Source: a virus (lineage: Duplodnaviria > Caudoviricetes). From it: 35,883 nucleotides of DNA. Numbering within the stretch: position 1 is the stretch's first letter; the number at the start of each line of letters is the position of its first letter. Shown here piece by piece: positions 17,712-26,637 of the stretch. The translations under genes and the position numbers were made by a program. The notes under the pieces were generated by a model. It did no database searches. It saw nothing but the letters and a program-made list of their open reading frames with translations, and was not told the origin of the DNA. The stretch spans positions 1 through 35,883 of the IMG/VR virus record IMGVR_UViG_3300032233_000359. One strand, 5' to 3'.

Positions 17712-18904
17712 GCCGTGTAGCTCCCTGAAGTTGTAAACGTCAGAATGGTGTTAGTGCCAGATGTGGTAACGGTGGGCGAACCAGTTGTGGTGCCGGAATA
17801 AAATGCAGTTGGGACAGAAAGAATGACTACGCCAGAGCCGCCAGCATATCCATTTCTATATGGAGGATCAGCGCCGCCGCCGCCGCCACCACCAGTGTTT
17901 GCAGTTCCGGCAGCTCCCGCCAATGTAGTGTTTGATCCAGCGCCGCCTCCGCCAGAGCCGCCGGTCCCAGAAGTGTAGCCAGAAGCTGTTCCACCACCAC
18001 CGCCGCCCGCGTAAGTGACAGACGAACCTGTAATAGACGAAGCAGTTCCGGCGCCGCCATTACCGCCAACTGAAGCTGTGCCGTTTGAACCCGCCGCACT
18101 TGATCCGCCACCGCCACCACCGCCGTAAGCGGGGGTTCCTGCGCCAGCGCCGCCGCCAAAACCTTGTCCACTGGTTCCAGAGCCACCAACGCTTGTAGCA
18201 CCTACTACTTTTGATCCACCACCGCCGCCAGACCCGCCAGAACCAGCGGTGACTGTAATAGCCGTACTTATGTAATATCCGCCGCCGCCGCCACCGACAG
18301 TGCTGATGGCTGAAAATACCGAAGATGAACCGCTTGTCCCAAGCGCAGACGAGCTTGCTCCGGCCCCGCCAGCGCCGACCGTGACGGCGTATGTTGTGCC
18401 GTTTGTTAATGTCGAAGTGCCGGTAAGGAGTCCTCCTGCGCCGCCGCCTCCACCTTCGTTATACCCTCCACCACCCCCCCCAGCGACAACAAGATATGAT
18501 GCGCTGTATGTGCCGGGATTGGTGGCATTAACGCCGGAATAAACCAACCATCCTTGTGTGGCGTCAATATAAACAAATGCAAGACTTTCGCGGGTCGTGG
18601 TCGCAGCGAATGTGATTGACGCGCCATTAATTTTGCTGCCGTTTCGCGCAACGGCTACACCATTTGTCGCCCAAGTCCCTGCATAGTCCGTCAATTGAAC
18701 AGCCTGACCCGCAGTCGGACTCGCAGGCAATGTCACCGTAACCGCGCCAGATGTTGTATCCACAGGATATGCTCTTCCCGCCACAGCCGTGAAGTTGCCA
18801 GTCTGCACAGCTTGCCATGCCAACGATCCGCCGTATGCCGAATTGAGAACGCCAGCCGTACTAGCACCCTGCGCCATGACTGATATGTTGCGGGAGATGG
18901 TCAT
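17708..18904 (-). CDS. glycine-rich tail/fibre protein (paralogue 2)
   Basis: N-terminal FTAVAG..YPVDT..VTVTLPASPTAG...YIDATQGW domain, followed by YLVVAGGGGGG...GGSGVVIL. Confidence 0.85.
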   Translation of the reverse strand: MTISRNISVMAQGASTAGVLNSAYGGSLAWQAVQTGNFTAVAGRAYPVDTTSGAVTVTLPASPTAGQAVQLTDYAGTWATNGVAVARNGSKINGASITFAATTTRESLAFVYIDATQGWLVYSGVNATNPGTYSASYLVVAGGGGGGYNEGGGGGAGGLLTGTSTLTNGTTYAVTVGAGGAGASSSALGTSGSSSVFSAISTVGGGGGGYYISTAITVTAGSGGSGGGGGSKVVGATSVGGSGTSGQGFGGGAGAGTPAYGGGGGGGSSAAGSNGTASVGGNGGAGTASSITGSSVTYAGGGGGGTASGYTSGTGGSGGGGAGSNTTLAGAAGTANTGGGGGGGADPPYRNGYAGGSGVVILSVPTAFYSGTTTGSPTVTTSGTNTILTFTTSGSYTA

Positions 18905-20079
18905 GCCGTGTAGCTCCCAGATGCAGTGAACGTCAAAATGGTGTTAGAGCCTGACGTAGTGATTGTGGGCGAGCCAGTTACTATGCCCGTATAATTGGTG
19001 GTCGGAACAGACAGAATAATGACGCCAGAACCGCCATTAGCACCCGCTGTTGATGCACTAACAGCCGCATATCCTCCGCCGCCGCCACCGCCGGTATTTG
19101 CGGTCCCTGCTGTTCCCGTACCTGTGGTTGCTTGACGACCCGCTCCGCCGCCGCCTGCGCCACCAGAACCCGCTGTTGTGGTCGCCGCTCCGCCGCCGCC
19201 GCCAGCATATGTCACAGATGACCCAGTAATTGAAGATGCTGTTCCAGCGCCGCCATTACCGCCGTTGCTAGCTGAACCGTCAAGGCCGTTGTTGGTTGCG
19301 CCGCCACCTCCGCCGCCGCCCGTATTCCCCGCCACGCCGACGCCGCCACCACTTCCTTGGCCGGATGTCCATGACCCCGGAGCACCTGATGATCCCGTCC
19401 CACCACCAGAGCCACCACTGCCAGCCGGTCTGCTTCTATATGAACCACCACCGCCGCCAACGGCAGTTAGGTTTAATCCTGTCGAATTGCCCCCGCTAGT
19501 ACCACTTAGAGCACTGACACCAGTGCCACCTGCTCCCACAGCAAACGTATAAGTCAGGCCAATAGTTAACGATGTTGATCCGGTTAAAAAGCCGCCAGCG
19601 CCGCCGCCCCCGCCAGTGTCAGTATTTGCAGCGCCGCCGCCAGCGCCGCCGCCAGCCGCAATAAGATATGACGCTGAATAAGTTTGGCCCAGAGCGGTGG
19701 CGTTAAACCCAGTCGAGACAATCCACCCCTGCGTGGAATCTATATAAACCAGCACAACGCTTTCGCGGCCTACAGACAAAACAGCGCTTGTCGTAACGCC
19801 ATTGATCTTGTTGCCGTTGGGGCTAACTGTGACGTTGTTCTTCGACCAATTTCCGTTGTAGTCCGCTAATTGAAGAACATTCCCCGCAGTCGGGCTTGCG
19901 GGAAGCGTCACTGTCACCGCGCCAGAAGCAGTGTTGACCGGATAAGCATTGCCCGCGACAGCAGTGAAGTTCCCGGTTTGAATGGATTGCCATACAGGTC
20001 CACCGCCATACGCACTTGATACAATGCCAACAGTACTAAGACCCGGCGCTAAGTTTGATAGGTTACGAGCGTTCGCCAT
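18901..20079 (-). CDS. glycine-rich tail/fibre protein (paralogue 1)
   Basis: Same architecture as 17708..18904, with a near-identical C-terminus (TILTFT.SGSYTA). Confidence 0.85.
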   Translation of the reverse strand: MANARNLSNLAPGLSTVGIVSSAYGGGPVWQSIQTGNFTAVAGNAYPVNTASGAVTVTLPASPTAGNVLQLADYNGNWSKNNVTVSPNGNKINGVTTSAVLSVGRESVVLVYIDSTQGWIVSTGFNATALGQTYSASYLIAAGGGAGGGAANTDTGGGGGAGGFLTGSTSLTIGLTYTFAVGAGGTGVSALSGTSGGNSTGLNLTAVGGGGGSYRSRPAGSGGSGGGTGSSGAPGSWTSGQGSGGGVGVAGNTGGGGGGGATNNGLDGSASNGGNGGAGTASSITGSSVTYAGGGGGAATTTAGSGGAGGGGAGRQATTGTGTAGTANTGGGGGGGYAAVSASTAGANGGSGVIILSVPTTNYTGIVTGSPTITTSGSNTILTFTASGSYTA

Positions 20080-20088
20080 TTCTAGTTC

Positions 20089-22311
20089 CTACTCGTAGAG
20101 GATGTTGACGGAGCCAGCGTCAAAAGTGTCGGTGCCGTTGACTGTGGTGACGCGGACTTGCGTTAAAGTTGAAGCAAGCGTCACATAGCCAGCATTTACA
20201 TAATATCCATCTGCCGAATTTGCGCATATGGTCCCTGTTCCAGACCATGTATTGCTGCCAACAAAACTGAATGTTTCAGCCCCACTATAAAGCTGGCTCG
20301 CAGTTGGGCCGTTTACTAAAATAAACCCTGAGCTAAAATAAACAAAAGTAGCAGACCGGCCATTCGATCCAACATATCCACTTGTCGTAGGGCCAGATGA
20401 TGTTCCAAGTTGGATTAAGAAGCTGCTTGTTCCGCTCCCAGAAAAACCAACAAACATCACCGTAATACGTTTAGCCCAAGACGGGATTCCGGTGAAATCA
20501 ATGCTTGTCCCACTCGCAGAAACCGTTGTTCCGCGAACAATCTTCTGCGTAGCCGCAAATGTGGTCCCATCAGTGCTGAACGGCACATCGCCGATAGCAG
20601 ATGGTGCAAACCCTTGAATGCTCGTTGCGCCCGTCCAAGAAGCTAACTGCCCACTGGTTGGGGTGCCAACGGATGTGACGTTGCCAGAGAACCCACTGAC
20701 AGTAAGCGCGACGATGCTGACGGTATCACCAACAACCGCGCCAGTGCCAAGCACAATAGAAGTGCCAGAGCTTGCCGTGTAGTCGGTAATGTCAAGCATG
20801 ACACCATTCAGGTAGACCTGAACATAGCCGGGCGTGTAGGACGCTGTGAAAGTTGTTTGGCCCGCAGTGGCTGTGTAATTAGTGCGGGTGTAACCGCCGC
20901 TGCTAAACGTGCCAATATTGAGCGCGATCACATCGACAATGTCGCCAGCAGCAGCCGCAGACGCCAGCACAACGGTGGTGCCGGTGGTGGCCGTGTAGTC
21001 CGTGTCATTGAGCAAGATTCCGTTCACATAGACCTGAACATAGCCAACCGTGTAGGAGGCCGTGAAGCTAGTTTGACCAGCGGTCGCAGTGAAGGTGGTG
21101 CGGGTGTAAGTGCCCCCGCCAGAGCCACCGGGTATGTTCACAGTGACAGCATTTGTCGCCGCCGTGGCAGTGACGCCCGCGCCAGTGAAATTGAAGCTGG
21201 TGACGCCGGAGGTGAGAAGCGTACCCTCATCCGACACGGAGATATTGGTGCCGGTTCCAGCGGGGCCTGTAGGCCCAGTTGGGCCGCTGCTCCCAGCGGT
21301 TCCCGTAGGCCCGGTGGGGCCGGTCACAGACGCGCCAGCAGGACCAGTTGGGCCAGTCGGCCCTGTGGGCCCAGCAACAGATGAAGCCGCACCTGTGGGG
21401 CCCGTTGGGCCTGTTGGACCAGTCCCAGCCGGACCAGTCGGCCCTGTTGGCCCAGTAGGTCCAGCGGTGGTGGAGGCTGCTCCTGTGGGGCCAGTTGGGC
21501 CAGTAGGACCGGCAACCGTTGATGCCGCCCCCGTAGGGCCGGTCGGGCCTGTAGGCCCGGCAACAGTTGATGCGGCTCCTGTCGGGCCGGTAGGCCCCGT
21601 TGGCCCGCCGACCCCTGCCACGCCCGTAGGGCCGGTGGGGCCCGTAGGCCCTGCAACAGTCGATGCCGCGCCCGTAGGCCCGGTGGGGCCAGTGGGTCCT
21701 GCAATAGTGGAATCAGCGCCCGTAGGGCCTGTCGGCCCAGTGGGCCCCGTAGGCCCAGCAACCGTCGAAGCGGCTCCGGTAGGCCCAGTGGGCCCGGTCG
21801 GGCCGGTCGGGCCGGTCGGGCCAGCAACCGTAGACGCCGCTCCCGTGGCGCCCGTGGGCCCGGTAATCCCCTGAACGCCCGTCGGCCCCGTCGGCCCCGT
21901 CGGCCCGTAAGGCCCCGCGTTCCCCTGCGGACCCGTGGGGCCCGTGGGGCCCGTAGGACCCGCCACGCCCGTCGGGCCAATCTCGCCCGTGCTTCCCTGT
22001 GTCCCCGTAGGCCCCGTGGGCCCTGTAGGCCCTGTCGGCCCGGTAGGCCCCGTAATGGCGTTACCCTGGGGGCCGGTGGGCCCAGTCGGGCCTGTGGGGC
22101 CAGGAACGACAGAGCCCGGCCCGGTCGGCCCTGTAGGCCCAGTCGGGCCCGTGGGGCCTATGACGCCGAGGAACTGCGCAAGGGTCGCGCGCTTGGTGAT
22201 CCCACCCTGAACAACAATCGTCGTATCAGAAGGCTGCGGATTGTCAGCCAACGGAAGCTGCGTGATCTTGGTCGGGATGAGGTTTGTAGGGACGCGCGGA
22301 TTGTTCGTCAT
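20089..22311 (-). CDS. collagen-like fibre protein
   Basis: About 300 aa of (GPT)n interrupted by AASTVA spacers, two [13 protein letters not shown]...VYVNG beta domains and a distal domain. Confidence 0.9.
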   Translation of the reverse strand: MTNNPRVPTNLIPTKITQLPLADNPQPSDTTIVVQGGITKRATLAQFLGVIGPTGPTGPTGPTGPGSVVPGPTGPTGPTGPQGNAITGPTGPTGPTGPTGPTGTQGSTGEIGPTGVAGPTGPTGPTGPQGNAGPYGPTGPTGPTGVQGITGPTGATGAASTVAGPTGPTGPTGPTGPTGAASTVAGPTGPTGPTGPTGADSTIAGPTGPTGPTGAASTVAGPTGPTGPTGVAGVGGPTGPTGPTGAASTVAGPTGPTGPTGAASTVAGPTGPTGPTGAASTTAGPTGPTGPTGPAGTGPTGPTGPTGAASSVAGPTGPTGPTGPAGASVTGPTGPTGTAGSSGPTGPTGPAGTGTNISVSDEGTLLTSGVTSFNFTGAGVTATAATNAVTVNIPGGSGGGTYTRTTFTATAGQTSFTASYTVGYVQVYVNGILLNDTDYTATTGTTVVLASAAAAGDIVDVIALNIGTFSSGGYTRTNYTATAGQTTFTASYTPGYVQVYLNGVMLDITDYTASSGTSIVLGTGAVVGDTVSIVALTVSGFSGNVTSVGTPTSGQLASWTGATSIQGFAPSAIGDVPFSTDGTTFAATQKIVRGTTVSASGTSIDFTGIPSWAKRITVMFVGFSGSGTSSFLIQLGTSSGPTTSGYVGSNGRSATFVYFSSGFILVNGPTASQLYSGAETFSFVGSNTWSGTGTICANSADGYYVNAGYVTLASTLTQVRVTTVNGTDTFDAGSVNILYE
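21255..22155 (-). repeat. Gly-Pro-Thr coding tandem repeats
   Basis: 9-bp periodicity (e.g. GGGCCGGTC/GGGCCCGTG) with degenerate third positions. Confidence 0.9.
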
Positions 22312-22610
22312 GGAACCAGATACCCATCGCCTTCTTCACCGATGATGAAGAGGTCATCATCCTGCGAAATCGTGCCAAGCATGTTCAGCGCGATATTAGT
22401 GTCTGGGCGAGGGTGGAACAAGCTAATCCGCTCGGGCTGACGCGCAGCCAGCCGATAGGGGTCGAACTGATCCTTGTCCTCTTCACACACATAGAGGCCG
22501 GGATAGTTAGGGTCCGAAGAAAGATCCTCAAGCGACATCTTTCTCGAACACCGGGCGCAAATCCCGATGCCGAAGGTCGATTTGCCGCGTGGGTCGAGGA
22601 AGATGCTCAT
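22308..22610 (-). CDS. hypothetical protein with CxxC...C
   Basis: GICARCS...GLYVC..DKDQFDP...PRPD; ATGA-coupled on both sides. Confidence 0.8.
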   Translation of the reverse strand: MSIFLDPRGKSTFGIGICARCSRKMSLEDLSSDPNYPGLYVCEEDKDQFDPYRLAARQPERISLFHPRPDTNIALNMLGTISQDDDLFIIGEEGDGYLVP

Positions 22611-23695
22611 CGTGTGTACGGCGAGATGTTAGGCGCGAAGTAGATCGGCGAGTTGTCCCGTTCCTCATCTTGCGCAATCCGCAGGGCCTCGTCAGCCGTT
22701 GCCTTGATAGGCCCGACCAATTCAAGGTTGAACTCGGGGAGCTCCATCGCAAGGCGCCACGCAAGCTGCCAGACGATGGTCTCATACCAGCGCTGAGGGA
22801 TGTCGAGCTCTTCGGTGAGGGTGCCGACGTCCATGATGTAGCGCTGGCGCCAGATGGTGAACTGGCCGAACATGTTGGTGGTATCCGTCACCGGCCAGAT
22901 TCGCATCACCGGATAGTCGCGCTGGCGGTCGAACCAATACTGAAGCGGGCGCCCAGCAAACGTCTTGTTTGGCAGGTTCGTCCAGTCGTCGCGGTTCATG
23001 CGGGCGAGCGGGATCTCGGTGGGGTTGTTCGCCGCATAGAACTCAACAACGTTCAACGTATTGCCGCCCGTCTCACGCATACGGAAGTAGTTGACCGGCT
23101 GAGTGCCGTCGATGTCGTACCACTGCCACTTGCCCGCGGTGTAGAGCACAGAGCCTGGCGACAGGGACGATGTCCACGTCACGCCATCATTCGACCATTC
23201 GAAGGCGATGTTGAAGGTGCCGGTGGTCGCCATCATCACGCCGACCGTCGTCACCTGAACCTGCGACTGTGGGTCAGTGATGGGGTCGGCGCCGATGTAG
23301 GCAATCTCAATGTTCCCGTTTATACCCGTCTGGGCGCAGGACGTGTCGAGATCACCATCAAAAGCGAACGATGGAATGCCTCCCGGCGAGCTGTACTGCA
23401 CCGGCCCATTCTGCCGAGACAGCCAGCGGAAATTGGCATTCAGGATGTCCATCGTACCCTTGGGTGGCACAATAGCTGCCTGCCCGAGATAGAGGGGGAG
23501 GATCTCTTTCTCGATGCACCAAAGAGGGACACCCTGACTGCCAAGCGACGACAACAGCAGAAAGAGGTCATCTTTCGCCATGTCGATCAGCTCAGACGTA
23601 ATCTGCTGTGGCTGCATACGGCAGCGCCGGAAGGCGTGATCAATCACCTTCCGGGTCTTGAATACGGTCGTTGAGACTGTGCCAGAGACGGCCAT
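22607..23695 (-). CDS. head-tail adaptor (P22 gp4-like role) with inserted galactose-binding/discoidin-like domain
   Basis: Helical ends (IDHAFRRC...LFLLLS...PLW; DIPQRWYETIVWQLAWRLA) around AFDGDLDT...EWSNDGVTW...YFRMR. Confidence 0.65.
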   Translation of the reverse strand: MAVSGTVSTTVFKTRKVIDHAFRRCRMQPQQITSELIDMAKDDLFLLLSSLGSQGVPLWCIEKEILPLYLGQAAIVPPKGTMDILNANFRWLSRQNGPVQYSSPGGIPSFAFDGDLDTSCAQTGINGNIEIAYIGADPITDPQSQVQVTTVGVMMATTGTFNIAFEWSNDGVTWTSSLSPGSVLYTAGKWQWYDIDGTQPVNYFRMRETGGNTLNVVEFYAANNPTEIPLARMNRDDWTNLPNKTFAGRPLQYWFDRQRDYPVMRIWPVTDTTNMFGQFTIWRQRYIMDVGTLTEELDIPQRWYETIVWQLAWRLAMELPEFNLELVGPIKATADEALRIAQDEERDNSPIYFAPNISPYTR

Positions 23696-24820
23696 TTAGC
23701 AACCGACCTTTCCGCCCTTTTTCATCATGCCCGGCGCGTTCTCAGGGGTCGCCTGAGTAGCCGCGCGAGCCATGGCGGCGCGAATGGCGCCGACGTCAGG
23801 CTTGCCAGAGCGAGAGCGCCCAACGCCGATGCGGGGGCCACCACCAGCAGGTGCCGCCTGCTGAGGGATCATGGGTGCGCGCGGTGCGACAGGGACCGAC
23901 TTGCGAGCCATCTGCTGAAGGGGGCTTGCGACTTGAGGGGCGGCGAGAGCCATCCCTCCGTCAGCGTAGGGAGTCTTCTTCTGGCCCTTCATAGAAGCCT
24001 CGACAGCGTTCGACTTCGCCATCTGAACAGCCTGGCCGCCCATAGCCTTCTTGAGGGCCGCAGGCTTGATCATGCTCTTGATCAGGGCTGTGTCTTCCTT
24101 CACGTCCTCGTGGGGCATCCCGCCCTTCTTGAGCATCGACGGGCGGCGAGTCGGCATGGGCATATCCTTCGCCTTGCCATAGAAGTCCTCATCAGTGGAC
24201 TGCGGGACCTTGCCGCTCTTGATGTCCTTGACGGGCACGGAGCCAATCTTACCGCCATGGGACTTCTTGGCCTCGCGCTGCTCGCTGAGCGCGATGGCGA
24301 TGGCCTGCTTGGGGTTAGTGATCTTCGGCCCCTTCTTGGAGCCAGAGTGCAGCTTGCCCTCGCCAAATTCATGCATGACCTTGGCGACCTTGCCGCCTTT
24401 TTTGTAGCCGGTCTCAGAGGACGTTTTTTCAGCATAACGCCGTGCGAAAGATTCCTGCTCATCAGCAGTATCTGCACGGCTTTTCTTGTCAGCCCAATCT
24501 GAACCACGCGCCTGAGACGCAGCCCATCGGGCTTCAGCGGCCTTGTCTCTGAAATCTTTGAGCTGGCGCTGGGCGCGGGCGTTACGAGTAGCCTCAGTGT
24601 AGCGGCCCTCGTCTTCTGCCAGTCCAGTGACAAGAGAGCCACCCTCAGCTTTCTTGACAGGCCCCTTCGGCTTGCCGATGCCGATGACGACCATCATGCC
24701 CTTGGGGGCCTTCGCGGGGCCACCCTTAGCGAGCATCTGGCCAGTGACCTTGCTCGGGGTGCTGCTAGTGAAGCCAGCGGCGGAAGGAAACTCAAAGTCC
24801 TTGACGTAGCGAATAGCCAT
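23696..24820 (-). CDS. basic modular protein with eight xxxGG motifs and a DUF6496-like module
   Basis: True start is probably ATG 24820 (AAGGAG RBS). Contains KVAKVMHEFGEGKLHSG...KQAIAIALSE. Confidence 0.75.
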   Translation of the reverse strand: MAIRYVKDFEFPSAAGFTSSTPSKVTGQMLAKGGPAKAPKGMMVVIGIGKPKGPVKKAEGGSLVTGLAEDEGRYTEATRNARAQRQLKDFRDKAAEARWAASQARGSDWADKKSRADTADEQESFARRYAEKTSSETGYKKGGKVAKVMHEFGEGKLHSGSKKGPKITNPKQAIAIALSEQREAKKSHGGKIGSVPVKDIKSGKVPQSTDEDFYGKAKDMPMPTRRPSMLKKGGMPHEDVKEDTALIKSMIKPAALKKAMGGQAVQMAKSNAVEASMKGQKKTPYADGGMALAAPQVASPLQQMARKSVPVAPRAPMIPQQAAPAGGGPRIGVGRSRSGKPDVGAIRAAMARAATQATPENAPGMMKKGGKVGC

Positions 24821-24821
24821 T

Positions 24822-25067
24822 TCATTTCTCCTTGCGCCGGGCGACGGCGGCATTATCGACCAGGTTTGGATAGGGGCGCCCAGCAGCAGCGGCTCGAGCC
24901 TTGGCTGAGGCTTTTTGTTTCTTTGAAAGGTGGCTTGGCTCTCCAGCGGGAGCAGGCTTGTCCCAGAAGGGCTTGGCCTTGCCTCCACGGGCGTAGCCAT
25001 CAGCAGAACTGCCAAAGCCAGAGCCCTTTGAAAAGTCAAACTCGCCATATATTGGGCCCTTAGCCAT
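24822..25067 (-). CDS. small basic protein
   Basis: ATG 25067 via a TGATG overlap; KASAKARAAAAGRPYPNLVDN. Confidence 0.75.
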   Translation of the reverse strand: MAKGPIYGEFDFSKGSGFGSSADGYARGGKAKPFWDKPAPAGEPSHLSKKQKASAKARAAAAGRPYPNLVDNAAVARRKEK

Positions 25068-25378
25068 CAGCAATCCCACTTTCTGAGAGCCTTGTTGATG
25101 CGAGAGTTAGGATCGCGCGCCGTCTCCGGGGAGGTCAGCTTCGCTTTCATGCCCTTCATGCGGCTACAGAATGAGTCCCGCCGACCAGCAGCCGCAGGAC
25201 TTTTCTTCGCCTCAGAGGCGCTCACAGGTCGCTTGATGTCATGGCCTTGAGACCTAAGAGAAGCTCGTCCCTTCTCGTTGAGGCCGCCTTCGGGGTTCTT
25301 CCCCTCAGCGCGCGTCCAAGCGCCTCCGGTCTTGTAGACCGGCGTAGCGCCGCCCTTGGCCATACACCAGCGCCCCAT
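25067..25378 (-). CDS. small basic protein, DUF6321-like
   Basis: AWTRAEGKNPEGGLNEKGRAS...RRDSFCSRM.GM...DPNSRINKALRKWDC. Confidence 0.75.
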   Translation of the reverse strand: MGRWCMAKGGATPVYKTGGAWTRAEGKNPEGGLNEKGRASLRSQGHDIKRPVSASEAKKSPAAAGRRDSFCSRMKGMKAKLTSPETARDPNSRINKALRKWDC

Positions 25379-25381
25379 GGG

Positions 25382-25786
25382 TCACCCGTATGTCTTGATG
25401 CACTCAAGCACAATTGAGTACATGTCGCCAGAAGAAGCATCGGCAGTGGAGAACGCGATATTCCCGGTCTTCGTCGGAGCGGCATTGTTGGTGAGACCGC
25501 CAAAACTCTCAAAGTCCATGAAATAGTTCGTGTTCTGCGGCAACTGCCACGCAAACAAGTCCGTCGTAGCATCCCAGAGAATGCGGACTTCCATGCCGTG
25601 GGTTGTCGCCCAGATCTTGTTGATCTTGACGCCCGTGCAGGCCACGCCGAAAGCGTTCGGTGCGAGGTTAGCCACGATCACCTTGTTGACCGCAGTCTCG
25701 CCCGTACCATCAGAGATGTTCGTGAACTTCTGGATCACAAGGCGCTCGCCATCAAGCAGCGTCTGTGTCGCAACTGTATCGACCAT
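25382..25786 (-). CDS. putative virion structural protein
   Basis: 134 aa, beta-rich (KFTNISDGTGE; DFESFGGL); AGGAGG RBS. Confidence 0.75.
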   Translation of the reverse strand: MVDTVATQTLLDGERLVIQKFTNISDGTGETAVNKVIVANLAPNAFGVACTGVKINKIWATTHGMEVRILWDATTDLFAWQLPQNTNYFMDFESFGGLTNNAAPTKTGNIAFSTADASSGDMYSIVLECIKTYG

Positions 25787-25806
25787 TGGTCCCTCCTAAA
25801 GGAATG

Positions 25807-25826
25807 AGGGGAGCCGAAGCTCCCCT
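25807..25826 (-). terminator. stem-loop (weak terminator or mRNA stabiliser)
   Basis: AGGGGAGC-TTCG-GCTCCCCT with a cUUCGg tetraloop and a poor U-tract. Confidence 0.6.
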
Positions 25827-25831
25827 GCTTA

Positions 25832-26548
25832 TTAGGCGGGGGTGACGCCGATGGCGCCGACCTGAGTAGCGTCAGGACCAGCCGCAATCGCGGTGAGACC
25901 GATGCCAATCACAAGGCGGCGAGTGCCGTTAGAGGCCGAAGTAGCGGGCAGGAAGGTGCCACGCACATCGCCGGTCGAGGCCGTAGCTGTCGCGGTGTCA
26001 GCAGCCGTGAACGTGCCAGCGTTATCAGCGACGGCATTAGCCCACCCAGTACGGGTCAAGTAACCGGCGTCCGTAACACGGTAGGGGAGGCCGAAGGTGT
26101 CGCCCATGCCGACCGAGAGGTTGCCGACGAATACCGCAGAGACAGCCACGCGGGTGATGGTTTTGAAGGTCTTCAAGCCGTTCACGGTGGTGGTGCCATT
26201 GATCGTCAGCAGCGAGGTCTGCGCCTGACCCCAGATGTCCGTGCCGGTGACGGTCACGGTCTGAGTGGTGTCGCTGGCGCTGGACGAAACGATAGACACG
26301 TTCCGGGCGCAGTTGAAGGTCGCCACGCCGCTCGTGGCGCTGCCGCCGTTGATGGTGGCGTTGCCAGCAGCCGCAACAGCCTGCGCAGCGCAGACGGCAG
26401 TGGCGGAAATGGTGGCGGGAACGATGTCGTAGATGTAGACGCGACCCAGGGGGCCGACACCTTCATACACCTGGCCGGGTCCACCCCAGCCCTGAGACTG
26501 CGGGCCAGTGGCCGTGCCGAGCCAGAGATCATCACTATATTGAGGCAT
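25832..26548 (-). CDS. putative capsid decoration / structural protein
   Basis: 238 aa, Thr/Ala/Gly-rich, directly after the MCP. Confidence 0.7.
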   Translation of the reverse strand: MPQYSDDLWLGTATGPQSQGWGGPGQVYEGVGPLGRVYIYDIVPATISATAVCAAQAVAAAGNATINGGSATSGVATFNCARNVSIVSSSASDTTQTVTVTGTDIWGQAQTSLLTINGTTTVNGLKTFKTITRVAVSAVFVGNLSVGMGDTFGLPYRVTDAGYLTRTGWANAVADNAGTFTAADTATATASTGDVRGTFLPATSASNGTRRLVIGIGLTAIAAGPDATQVGAIGVTPA

Positions 26549-26590
26549 TGGTCTTCTCCATGAAAAGCTTGACCGGGTTTCGGTAGGTCT

Positions 26591-26619
26591 ATTCTCACAT
26601 AAAAAGAAGGGGCGGTCTA
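26591..26619 (-). promoter_or_regulatory. possible promoter nested in the MCP terminator
   Basis: - strand TAGACC, 17 nt, GAGAAT, with a TGn extension. Confidence 0.4.
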
Positions 26620-26631
26620 GCCGCCCCTTCT
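26601..26631 (-). terminator. intrinsic terminator after the major capsid gene
   Basis: AGAAGGGGCGG-CTAGA-CCGCCCCTTCT followed by TTTT. Confidence 0.85.
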
Positions 26632-26637
26632 CTTGTA

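Noticed and set aside
14128-20079. Diversity-generating retroelement or invertible fibre cassette
   Set aside because: No reverse transcriptase or invertase, no adenine-specific TR/VR pair, and the repeats are direct rather than inverted.
24821-25048. Signal-peptide-like N-terminal extension of ORF 23696..25048, or a frameshift fusion with the 81-aa gene
   Set aside because: It overlaps a better gene in another frame, ATG 24820 has a strong RBS, and no canonical slippery heptamer was seen.
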